Below, piece by piece: positions 52,700 through 64,000 of a stretch of DNA of 64,000 nt (the first letter of the stretch is position 1; every line of letters begins with the position of its first letter). The notes under the pieces are model-generated. The model was not told the origin of the DNA. It saw nothing but the letters and a program-made list of their open reading frames with translations, and did no database searches. This DNA comes from Camelus ferus (lineage: Eukaryota), in NCBI RefSeq assembly GCF_009834535.1, contig NC_045696.1:41604001-41668000 (forward strand), read 5' to 3'. Made by a program: the position numbers and the translations under genes.

Positions 52700-55600
52700 T
52701 GCATGAGGAAAAGACCCTTTTATATACATAAAGACAAAACTTTTTATTTCTAATTAGCTAGTCTTAAGAAAATTTCAAGAAAACAGTGCAGTAACCTGAA
52801 TTTATCTGACCCATGCTTTATGTACAATGTCATTATAAACAAGATGAAAAAGAAAAATCCTTCAATACCCATACTCCATACTGAACATATAGTATGTATA
52901 TGATCACTTCAGAATCATTACATAGTCTGAATACATAATTATATCTTTATTCTCTGATATCATGGTTACATTTTTCCTACTTATGCCCTTAATCACTAAA
53001 CAAGCAATTAAATATAAGTGAAGAAAAAGACAGGATAAGGAATCATTTAAAATAGGCTGTAGCTATAAATTGTGTGGCTGAGGGGAGTGTTTTAACCTGT
53101 GTCTTATTACTGAGGGGAGTGATTTTAACAAGTGTGTCTTGTTAACCCATAGGCATAGTGTAAGGTTCTATAAAATGCATGACTCAAGCAAATTTCTAGG
53201 CAGATTCTTTACATCACCAATTACTTTCTAGTACCCTCCCACATTCCACCTTGAGCCAGGATTGTCTGTGGAACACAATGCAATTGATTTGAGGACTATG
53301 ACCTTCACACCATTTTTCTGCATTCATTGCACCCTCGGGAGTAGAATGAGCTAGGATCCATGACTCACTGCAGCTGGATGGTCAATAAGAAAGACTGGCC
53401 CCACCCATCTCTACTGGGAATTGTTAGAAACGTTTTCGGGGAAAAAAAAATGACCCATATTTTTCTTGGCTAAAATATCTCAATTTAATAAAGATAAGTT
53501 ATTCCTAAATCAGTTGTTTCTTTATGGACTAGATATGTTAACTTGTTTTCCCATTTGAAAGTGAAAATTCAATTCACAGGCTGATCGACGTCAAAGTATC
53601 CTTTATTGAAAACATGGAAATGACACAGAGATACTAGGTGCCAAAAAGTCATGAGATGGAAGAAGGCAAACTTACGAAACACGCATGCAAATGAGTAACT
53701 ACATCAGGTATCATATCTGAGCCAAAATGGTTTTAGAGCCTATAAAGAATATTTCTCCAATTTTCATCTTTTTTCAGAAGTAATATTAAGTCAGGGTTGT
53801 TTGACTCCGTTACACTTTTACCATGTGTTAAAAAACAGAAAGGGTTGGGGAGGGGAGCAGCCAACCCATGAACAGATACTACAGAAGAAAAAAACAAAGC
53901 GGTGGGAATAAAATCAGGTAAAACCTGCACTTGTTTTATTACATAAAGGAAATGGGACTTTGGAGCACATAAATATGAACAAATACCCTTAAAACACTGC
54001 TATGGTGCAAATGGAGTCCTACTTATCAAATAAACTCCCTTTTATCCAGAACCCATGAAAATAAGAATCATGTAGGGACATTCAGTTATAAAGGCTATAT
54101 CTACAAGACTCCAAAGCACCTTACAAATCACCCCAAAAAAGTTTGAGTTCTTTATCATGCACTTTTACTGTTAACTGCGTTTAATTATTTTTAAATAAGG
54201 TGATAGTTGTATTGAATATTATACTGCTAGATTAATAAGAACATCCTAATAATCAGAACATTTCATTCCTCAATCACACAGCCCAAATGAGAGCTTAGCT
54301 TAATACTTTCAAATGACTATATGCCATTAAATTACCTTGGGAAAAGCTCCTTTGAAAAGAAGCTCTTTCAGGGTAGTTTGTCCTGTCAGACGGATAGCTC
54401 TTTTAGCTCTTTAGATGTGCCCATCAGTGGATCCTCATCGTGGAAACTTCATTCTCTGATGTTTCCCACTGTGGTTCAGTTATAACAAAGCAAGGGCCAA
54501 AGTCTTTATTCCTGAACTGAGGCCCTCAGTTCTCTCCTTGAGAGTTTAGGAATCCCCTCCTTTTCAACGATGTGGAACAGACATTCATGGAGACCCACGA
54601 TTAGCTCTTGCATGAAAAGTTCATACAAATGGAAATCAGAGACAGAGACGAGTCAGAATTCTCAAACTCCCACTTCACTGCTTGGAAAACAATCCTCCTT
54701 CAGCTGAGTTTGTGCTTCTCCTAAGTGTTCCACGTGGTGACCTGCGCTTCACCCACTTCACCTCCATCTGAACTCCCCCAGCAAGCAGACGTTCAAAATG
54801 TTGCCTTCTAGGGTTAATTTATGATTAAAAAAAAAACAACTTTTTTTCACCTAACACTGAGTAGGTTTAGGGGAAAAAGTTTAGAATCTTCAACAGAAAT
54901 CTTAGAAAGTTTTAGAAATATTAAATTAAACATTAAGTAGTGACAAATGTCATTAACATTTAAAATGCTTTAAAGATAATTATCAATTCCCTTTCAAATT
55001 CACCCAGTAGAAAATGTCCCAGCAGTGGCTTGTATCTATGCTGAACTTATAGAGAATCCATTATTAGGGGAGGGAATGAAAGAAATTACTGAGATAAGGG
55101 AATTACCTACCTACAAAAACACACACTCACAAGACCTGTTACCCATACATACGTTGCAAAATATCTGGATATCTTCAAGGCTTTCAGTAGCTTTACTGTG
55201 GCATGTACTCACCCCAGAGATTAAGTTTCTGGTGTCTTCATACTGAGTGAAATTGGCAGTCATCAAGTTGAGGGGAAAAAAAGTGAACCAGGTATTTTAT
55301 CTTATGGCCAACCTACCCCTGGTCAGTTACATCTGGTCACAAAGAAATCAAAATGTTTAAGACTGTTTTTGACTAACATGAAGATATCTAACATAAAACA
55401 CCTGTATCAACAATAACCTATCTGCGTACACAACAAGACGGATAGTGATAATTACTGGACCCTCTCCCTGCCCGCTCCAAAGCTACCATTCAAAAAGTAT
55501 TAGGAAAGAGGAAAATTTCTACTTTTTCAGTTAAAATTTATATAAGATGTGGACTTTTCCTACCTATAAAACTTTTTTAAAAATTTTAATTGCAATAAAA

Positions 55601-56622
55601 GTCCTGCTGTGTTTCATGTAAGCAGGAATGAACTGAGACACAGTTATTACACAAAGAAGCAATGCAAACAAACTAACCTACACCACACGGGGAAGTCAAG
55701 TGCTGCTTTTGAAATTAATACACGAGAAACTACAGAAGATCCCAGATTTGCCCAGGACACCTTTAGGTTTCAGAAACAGAGTCAGGGAACCCACTGGTTC
55801 TGACTCAGTCCACGCATCAATCAGCAAAGTATATTCTCAGCGCTGTGGTCTTGACCCGATACCCACTCCTTCCCTGTCCATGTGGTTCAATTCATCTTTA
55901 CTCTAACAAAAAGCCTGTAACCTTTATGATATGTATTGTCCTTGATAGCAGGGGGAAAAAAACAGGATATTAACATAATTAACATAATAATGTGGTCTTG
56001 ATTAACAGGCTCAGGAAATTTAAAATTCTGGTAGGAGCACAATGTACAGGTCTAAATCTATACTGCAGCAAAAAGGTTGCTTTTTCTTTAGCAGTTTGAT
56101 TCCCCTCAAAACCTTAGTATTTAGTTAGATGAATGTTTGGCCATAAACTATATTAAAATTACTTCAAAGTCGTCTCATTCCACCTGACAATAGCAAACTT
56201 GCTACTACAGACTCAGTTACTAAGCCTACCTTCCTCCGTAATAGTCTCACCTGACCTTCCTGCGGGGAAGCCCGAGGCATCATTAGTTACTAAGAGACAC
56301 CCTCAGAGGCTCAGAAGCAGACAGCAAATGCAACCCAACTCCCAGGCCTGGCTTTTTCCTTACAGAATCCTTTCTAGAATTCATACAGTTTTGAATTCCT
56401 TTAAATACAACTTCTGGTCTTTGTAGGCTTAAAACTTGTCACATCTCTTACTGCATTCTGAAATTTTAAACTAGAAAAATAAATTGTGCCCCCAGTTTAA
56501 CTTTTTTTAATAGAAAACTCTTCTTCCAACAGAGTTCGGAATCCAGGCTAATTACATGACACAGGTAAAGAGTGATTCCATCTTCTCTAGGCTTCTAGTC
56601 CGTTGCAAAATAGGACTTTTGG
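52700..56622 (-). other. IMPG2: Probable long 3' UTR of IMPG2 (distal end uncertain)
   Basis: Repeat-poor stretch after the stop codon with several minus-strand AATAAA hexamers (plus-strand tttatt at 54505, 53935, 53602, 52946, 52743, 52666, 52003). A multi-kb human UTR is recalled, not checked. Confidence 0.55.
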
Positions 56623-56635
56623 TTAAAGCTCTTCC
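56623..56635 (-). CDS. IMPG2: IMPG2 terminal coding segment (exon 19 equivalent): (M)EEL-stop
   Basis: Long pyrimidine tract, then ttaatggcag|G GAA GAG CTT TAA. Completes the phase-2 ATG codon from the previous exon; the human protein ends ...VEEV* as I recall. Confidence 0.9.
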
Positions 56636-58108
56636 CTGCCATTAAAAAAAGAAGAAGAAAGAAAGAAAGAAATAGCAATTAATTGAAAAAAGCCAGAATG
56701 TACTGAAATGTATTTTTGGTGTAATATATAGCCATGCTGTGTTCCTAAAAATCACCAATATTTTCTATTTTCTTTCTTTGCAGGAAAGCTATCCTGTGCT
56801 TTGATAAGTTAAAAAAAAAAAAAAAAAGAATCCACTCTACCAAGACCATGTAATGCTTTTACTGAATCCTAAAGTTCATTAATATTTTCTCAGGCTATTG
56901 GTAGATTAAAAACTCTGAGACTAAGTGCAAACTGAAAATTTATGGATTCTGTACCTAACATTTTTTTCAATGCCATCTTCCCTTTATGAACAACTCCCTT
57001 AAAGTTTTAGTGTCTATGTGAACATTCTTTTGTTTCACTGGGTCTTCTTGCTTAAATCTTCTTTTTTATATGGATTTTTGGGGGAATATTTTAATGCTAG
57101 ATAGTTTACCCGAGGAAACTGAAGCATGGGGTCAATCTGTTCCTAATTAGGCTTTTCTGGATCCTCTCTTTGTATTTCTTAATCTAGATGAGATGCATTT
57201 TTAAGTCAGGGAATGCAGATGGCTCTGAAGGGCTTATACAGGGTCGTAGAAAAGATAAAACCATCAGTCACGTTTTTTCTATTGGATACCACTGAAGTGG
57301 AGCCACAGGCCACCTGTGGACTAGAGATAGAGGGATGAGTGGGTATCCTGGTCTAAAAGGCAGGATCCCAGTAATACTGCTCTGAAAGCATTCAACAAGG
57401 TTGGCAGCACCTTCCCTGGACCAAATCAGATGCTTAGAGATTTTTTTCAAAGGAGTCTCCACCACGCACACAGACTTAGAAAAGTACCTTCCTTAGTTTC
57501 CCTAGGTGTCAATTCGTCCCTTCCTATCAGAGGAACCATGGGTGAGGGGCTGCCTATCAGACAAAAGGGATTTGGAGCAAAGGAGCAGAGGCTCCAATCA
57601 GAACCACATGGGTTATCCTGACCCTTTATCCATTTCTTCTAGTAAGTAGGCTTGAATTGCTCTGGTTTTTCTCTTCTAAAAGCCAGGTGCTGATATCTGT
57701 GCTGGGTGAGACCCGTCAGTAAGGAAGGACCTTTGTGAAGGCAGCTGAGAGACAAAATATCAAAGCCAAATTATAACCCCACCCACTACACTCAATTAAC
57801 ATCCATGAATGGTCTCTTTACAAGATAGTTTATTTTTATAATGTATACCTGGTTATGGATTCTGAGGAACAAAGGGAAAAAAACTACAGACACTTGCCCA
57901 AAATGCATGCTGAAAAAAGCAACAGAAAAAAAATGAAAAGGAAGATGAATTTGACTGAGGAAGAGATACACTGTAACGAGATGTGTGTCATTCAAAGTAT
58001 ACTTAAAAGTATCCACAAAGATGGAAAAGGAAGGATATGTTAAAATATGTGACGATTTATGGCTACTCAGATGGGTGACACCTACAGAAATCAGAGAGAA
58101 TATGACAG

Positions 58109-58248
58109 GGGGGGAGGTATAGCTCAGTGGTAGAGGGCGTGCTTAGCATGCACGAGATCCTGGGTTCAATCCCCAGTACTTCCACTAAATAATAATAATA
58201 ATTAAATAATTAAATAAACCTAATTACCTCCCCTCCCCCCTCAAAAAA
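58109..58248 (+). mobile_element. vic-1-like SINE in the last IMPG2 intron (antisense to the gene)
   Basis: tagctcagtggtagag / ggttcaatccc boxes; TSD agagagaatatgacag (58093-58108) / agagaaaataggacag (58249-58264). Confidence 0.92.
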
Positions 58249-58601
58249 AGAGAAAATAGGACAGAGCCCAGGAAGCCCTAGGCCAGAGCACAGAGTGTCT
58301 TAGTTTTCGATCTTCTCTGGCATTTGCTGTCATCATGATCTTATGTAGGTCCTTCCATCGCTTTGAGGGTTCCTTTCCTCATTCATAAAACATAAAAAAG
58401 AAACATTCACCTTCCAAAGGTGTGGGGAGGAATAAATGAGGTAACCTGTGAGGAAGTGTATGAACTGTAAAGAACCCAGCAAACACTGGTTATGACAGAA
58501 ACCTGTGTCACGTGGACAGGAGTTACGTGTTCACGCCTGAGGCACTACTCTAAGGGAAGCCCCCTCAGAATCTGGGTGAGGGCGCTGTTTCAAACACTTA
58601 C

Positions 58602-58681
58602 ATTTGATGTTCTCTCACAAAAGCTGCAAACTCAGGATCCCTGGCATACAGTTCCAAAATTCTCATTCTTTCTTCAATTTC
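58602..58681 (-). CDS. IMPG2: IMPG2 coding exon (exon 18 equivalent)
   Basis: Not in the ORF track. Acceptor ttctttttttttaaag|GAAATT and donor CAAAT|gtaagt; 80 nt; encodes [26 protein letters not shown](M). Confidence 0.96.
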
Positions 58682-59135
58682 CTTTAAAAAAAAGAAAGAA
58701 GAGGAAAAGAGGCTTTGCAGAAGAAAAACTTCAATGGCCTTTTTAAAAAGAGTTCTAATTTTTGTAAGTAATGGTGGCCTTTGAGGCTATCCAGGGGAGA
58801 GCAATAGAAAAACAGTGGCCATTTCAGAAAAATAGAGGGTGTGGCCACTACCTGAACTGCTCTGAGTAACAGTAACACAGGTAAGGGTTTCTAAGGAGGA
58901 AAGGGAGGAGGAGGGGCTTGCTAATAAGGATAAAAGGAACCAGCAGGTGGGGAATAAGGTAGAGCTCAGAATTATATACTTGCTACATACCACATTCGCC
59001 TGGGAGATGCCATAAGGTAAAAAACTAATCACAAAGTAATTTTCAGCCTTTCTTGAAGCCCATGTATGTGCATGAACACACACACACACGACATACACAG
59101 CAGCAGAGCAGTAACAGAAAATCCAAGTTTCCTAC

Positions 59136-59337
59136 CTCCCTGGAAAGCTCACTGCTCTCATACATTTGTCTGATTTCTTCCCTGCTCAGACCACCAATCA
59201 TCTCTCTGCCTGCAGAGCTGTAGAAGGGACGCAGAGGGTAGGGTCCCTCGTACTGCTCGAGTGCAGCCTCGTGACTTTCAAACACAGGGTTGTGCTTCAC
59301 GCCACTTTCCACGGATGAGAGGCTGTCAGGCTGCCTG
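59136..59337 (-). CDS. IMPG2: IMPG2 coding exon (exon 17 equivalent): cytoplasmic tail; 5' boundary uncertain (59337, 59334 or non-canonical 59346)
   Basis: Encodes [67 protein letters not shown]; donor GAG|gtagga. The first in-frame AG acceptor is ctccag|CAGG at 59337. Confidence 0.92.
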
Positions 59338-60668
59338 CTGGAGCCACAAGAAGAAAAGTGTGATTGACGAGCATCTTCTTTGGATGCTCAGCTACTTGGA
59401 AGACTACTTACTTGGAGCAAGATTTCTGGATACAAATGGGGTGGGAAAGGGGGGTGGGGGAAGGGTCCGTGAAAAATATCCAGATCAAGCTCAAAAATTA
59501 TTTATCAGGTGTTATCATTATTGTCTCCTCAACTACATGGCAAGTGTCCTGGGGAATTATTCCATGTCTCATTCATCTTTATTTGCCCCCCAGTACCTAA
59601 TACTCAATAAATACTGATGGAAAAACAGGCCTGGCAATATTTAGTAGGTCCTTAAATGAATATAGCTCCATCATTCCCAGAGGAGACAAATAAAAAAATC
59701 AATGTGTAACCACACAAAAATTCTAATAGAAATATAAATACAGGGGGAATGTGCTTCAACTAAGTTCAATTCAGGTCTACAAATATTTACTGAGCTTTGA
59801 TTATGTGCCTAGGACTGTTCTAGATGCAAATGATACAAAGAATTTGTTGGAATCCCTCTCCAGCATAAGATTACAGTCAAATGCAAAGTAAGACTCAACA
59901 AAAAGTATAATAATAGAATTATGTCCTGGGTGTTCCAAGGAACCTAGGAGAGGTGCCTCCTTAGCCAAGCCGGAGGGTAAGGGAAGGTCACCCAGACCTG
60001 CAGCAGAAGCACTCTTGGACTCTAGAATCACAGAAGTGAAGTACAACCAGGGATTGTCATCACAACACAACCCCAAAGGTCCTTGCATTGCTAGTGTAGC
60101 AAGAACAAGCTTAGTGAAGCTACACTTAACTAAAAAGAGAACCAGATTCTACTTCTTGCCAAGTTCTTACCTAGATTTAAAATCTGTCTCATTACCACTG
60201 GCATGAGCCAACGGGAACATACTAACAGATTTGGTCTTCACTTCAACCCTGTCACCCTCCCAACCCCTCCCCCACCATGAAACAGGCATTCTGGCCCCAC
60301 TCAATGTGTGCAGGGAGATTCCTGCATGCCTTCCTGATGGTGCTCATGCTCATTCAACTAGCTAGAAAGTTTCCCACCCACCCGCTGCAGCAAACATCTA
60401 CTCTTCTGTCCAGCTAAATATCACAACCATCATTAAAACTTCTAAGACACCCTCCCCTAGACAAAAAAAAATTCACCCCTTACCTAGGCATCTTAGCATC
60501 TTATCCATGCTGTCACTTATGTTTGCTTCCAGTTTGACACCCTCTGAGGACAGGGACCATGTTTTTACTCAACTATATGCTCTCTCCCCTCCACCCAGAT
60601 CCTTGTCCAGTATTTGGCACAAAGTAAGCACAAAATGAATGAACAGAAGGAACATTCTCCTTAGTTAC

Positions 60669-60857
60669 CTGAAGGGCCCTTCCCTGTCTCTCCTAGCATA
60701 TTGAGCTTGAAGAGTCCTGATGATGAAGAAGATGACCACAGAAGAAAGGAGGAGCAGTCCAGCCATGGAGGCGATGGTGATGCCTATCACCAGGGGCTCG
60801 GACACAAACTCTTCACAGTGCTCCCCGCGGTACCACCAGTTCTCACCCACCCGGCAC
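60669..60857 (-). CDS. IMPG2: IMPG2 coding exon (exon 16 equivalent): end of second EGF module and transmembrane helix
   Basis: Acceptor cattccag|GTGCCGG and donor TTCAG|gtaact; 189 nt, phase compatible with the previous exon. Encodes [62 protein letters not shown]. Confidence 0.97.
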
Positions 60858-60924
60858 CTGGAATGACAGGTGACCAAGTCCCAACCACAAGCACTCTGCT
60901 GACAGTAACAATTAATAGCAGAAA

Positions 60925-61265
60925 GAAGACACTAGTGAATTTATCTATAAAGCGGAAACAGACCCACAGACACAGAAAACAAACTTATGGTTACCGGGGA
61001 GAAGGGGGTAGGAAGGGATAAATTGGGAGTTTGAGATTTGCAGATACTAACTACTATATATAAAATAGATGTTAAAAAAAAAAACAAATTTCTTCTGTAT
61101 AGCACAGGGAATTATATTCAATATCTTGTAGTAACCTATAATGAAAAAGAATATTAAAATGAATATATGAATATGTATGACTGAAACATTATGCTGCACA
61201 CCAGAAATTGACACATTCTAAACTGACTATACTTCAATAAAATTAATTATTAATTAATTTAAAAA
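60925..61265 (+). mobile_element. Lineage-specific L1 3' end in an IMPG2 intron
   Basis: gacactagtgaatttatctataaagcggaaacagac...atagcacagggaattatattca...aactgactatacttcaataaaa; approximate TSD aatagcagaa / aacagcagaa. Confidence 0.9.
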
Positions 61266-62469
61266 ACAGCAGAATCTTCAGTGGGACTAGGGAAAGAGAG
61301 AAAAATAAATGCACACCACATGAAGCCTCAGTAAAAATGTGAGTATACAGGTTAAATGATAAGATTTAAAGCTGTGTATAGTGCCTGATATCCACCCAGG
61401 AGGTCCTCAGTGACTACCTGTAAAGTCTGAATAAAAGACTGACTAGACTTAAAGAAAGTACTTCCTTATTTATAGATAATGAAAAACAGGCCCAGGAAGG
61501 AAAATGACTGGTGTTAGGTCATACAATTAGTTAGCCACAGAGCTGCTCTGGAAGCCACGTCTCCAGACTCCTCATGTCCTTTTCACTGCATGGCAGAGAT
61601 CCCCCAGGACCCCACGGCCACAGAACGGTGCAAAAACATCTTCAAGTCCCAGAGCAGCAATCACTGCTTTTCAAAATAATCTTAATTTCTTTGGAAATTG
61701 AGAGACTATTTTTCCCAGTAGTTTTCTAGCTAAACTTTATACCTTTACATGTAGAAAAGTCTGAATCATTTCCACCTATTTCCTCTATTTTGGGCATCAG
61801 TGCGAATGCTTGCCCTTTTTGACATTCACAAATTGTCCTCTCATTTATGTTTCCCCTGCTTATTCTCAGCATTCTCTCCCTTTCCAGCATGTGACTTTGG
61901 GTGTGGTTGGGAGGTTGATTTGCTCTGCTCTGTTTAAGGGGAGTAGGCAGGGAAGGCTACCTAAATCTGGTCATCTGCCTGCTGCATTTTCTTTGGTTCT
62001 ATCATTAAAAAGTGGATCTTAGATACATAAAATAAACTTGCCACAACTTTAAATACTTGCTTTTCTTTATTTTTGAATACTCAGTAGGACTAAGAACAGC
62101 CCAAATCCATTAAGAACATCACCCCAAAAGAACAATAAAATTCCGTTTCAGACACAGTGTAAAGTGCTGATATGCTTGAAGCTAAGTCGAGCACCAACTG
62201 CCTTATCATCACCACTAGCAAACATAAGACCTCCGACTGCTCTCCATCCTCCCTATAGGCCACTAGACAATGTTCTTCTTACAGCTCCCTAAAAGCATAA
62301 GATAAAATAACCTATTGAACTGGGTATAGTTCGGGTCTATTAATTGACTCAGTCTTCACACGAGAACTAGATGGCACACATGTATTATCTAGATATAACC
62401 TCTATAATAAATATTGTGATTATCCTAATATCACAGGTGCAGACCCCTTTTCTTCACAGGAAGTATCTA

Positions 62470-62790
<321 letters not shown>

Positions 62791-63326
62791 CTACGAAGGC
62801 TCTCCCATCCAAAGTACCATGGGACAACCCCCTTCATGAATCATTGAAATACATCACTACCCATACCACAATAAAATTTCTGACTCATCCTTCATTGATG
62901 AGCTTTTATCAAATTTCTCTGAAACCTAGAGGCAAATCATAAAACCCAGTGTCCTAGGTGAGCCTCTACCTGTTTTATGTAGGGAACATGTAGAAGCTTT
63001 AAAATCCACGTAATTGTAGATCTAAATTAAACAGTTTTCATGTACCATTCATTTCTACCAACCCTTTCCTTCTATAGTCCTCCTCCACTCTGCACATGAT
63101 GCTGCATGCCCTACCCGCCATGGGGAACATGAAATGGGGCGACAGAATCCAGAGAACTGGTGGAAGCTTCGGGGATGGATATAGCCCAGTAAGAGCAGCC
63201 TAAGAACTCTCAAGATTTGTGAAAGCCAATGTTAGAAAAATAAATCAGCCCTGTACCTCCTCAGGCTATTCTCAGCAATATTTTGGACTCAGTAATATCA
63301 ATTTTCATTGATAGGATGAGAGAAAA

Positions 63327-63490
63327 TGACATAGCACAGGGAACTATATTCAATTTCTTATAATAAGCTGTAATGGAAAAGAATAATATATATATGGACA
63401 TAACTGAATCGCGTTTGCTATACACATGAAACTAACATTGTAAGTCGACTACACTTCAATAAAAATAAGAATTAAAAAATCAAAGGCTTA
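63327..63490 (+). mobile_element. Short L1 3' terminus
   Basis: atagcacagggaactatattcaa...aacattgtaagtcgactacacttcaataaaa. Confidence 0.85.
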
Positions 63491-63897
63491 AAAAGAAAAA
63501 AATTAATTGGGACAAAAACTAGTCAAAAATGATGTAAGACATTGACCATGGATAGGTCTTCCGTCCTACCATGGTTCCACTGTTAGTTCTCCACTGGTGA
63601 ATGGCAAACTGTGAACTACAAACAGGCAAATGGCGAAATAAATACCACAGAGGAAATAAGTGTAAATGACCCATAAACTCATTTATATGGAAGAGCATAA
63701 GGTTTATTTAGAAGACTAAGAGGAGGTTAAAAAACAAGGAGCATAGCCCCTCAGTGTCCAGATAAATTAATCCTGCTTTCAGAATCAGTGATTTCCTTGC
63801 CACTCTGGAGAGTAAAGACATTTTGCAAAATCTGTAGCCTCAGAGTTTAGAGGATCTCTACAGCAGGTCTTTCTTGGCCCTGTGCAGGAATGGGGGG

Positions 63898-64000
63898 TGT
63901 CCTGGGGTGAATAGTGTCTTCCCAAAATTCATGTCCAACCGGAACCTCAGAACATGATCTTATTTGGAAATAGGATCTTTGTAAATGTAATCAAGTCGAG
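63898..64000 (+). mobile_element. Start of an MLT1B/C-like MaLR LTR (runs off the window)
   Basis: tgaatagtgtcttcccaaaattcatgtcc...gaacctcagaacatgatcttatttggaaatagg. Confidence 0.82.

Noticed and set aside
58109..58190. tRNA-Ala-like gene (also at 16107 and 18614)
   Set aside because: Each has an AT-rich SINE body, an A tail and TSDs, so these are SINE heads rather than tRNA genes.
59347..59425. Upstream CAG (59426-59428) as a replacement acceptor extending exon 17
   Set aside because: It gives an in-frame TAG after seven codons, so it cannot produce full-length IMPG2.

Overview
Mammalian genomic DNA, most likely from a camelid (three vic-1-like tRNA-derived SINEs and several copies of one shared L1 3' end). 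The only intact protein-coding gene is the 3' end of IMPG2 (SPACRCAN) on the minus strand. Its last five coding exons lie at 62717-62507, 60857-60669, about 59337-59136, 58681-58602 and 56635-56623, encode two EGF-like modules, the transmembrane helix and the cytoplasmic tail ending ...HQMEEL*, and are followed by a probable ~4 kb 3' UTR. The first ~52 kb is intergenic: L1, L2, CR1/L3, MIR, MaLR/ERVL LTRs and DNA-transposon relics, plus a decayed processed ACTR3 pseudogene at about 8.8-9.6 kb. I found no convincing novel biological system. The best leads are an apparent AG>TG loss of an IMPG2 splice acceptor rescued by an in-frame NAGNAG site, a candidate poison micro-exon beside it, an NPxF motif in the IMPG2 tail, an L1-ACTR3 junction, and a TSD-bounded chimeric retro-insertion. 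Repeat subfamily names, exon numbering and all human comparisons come from memory, not from a search.
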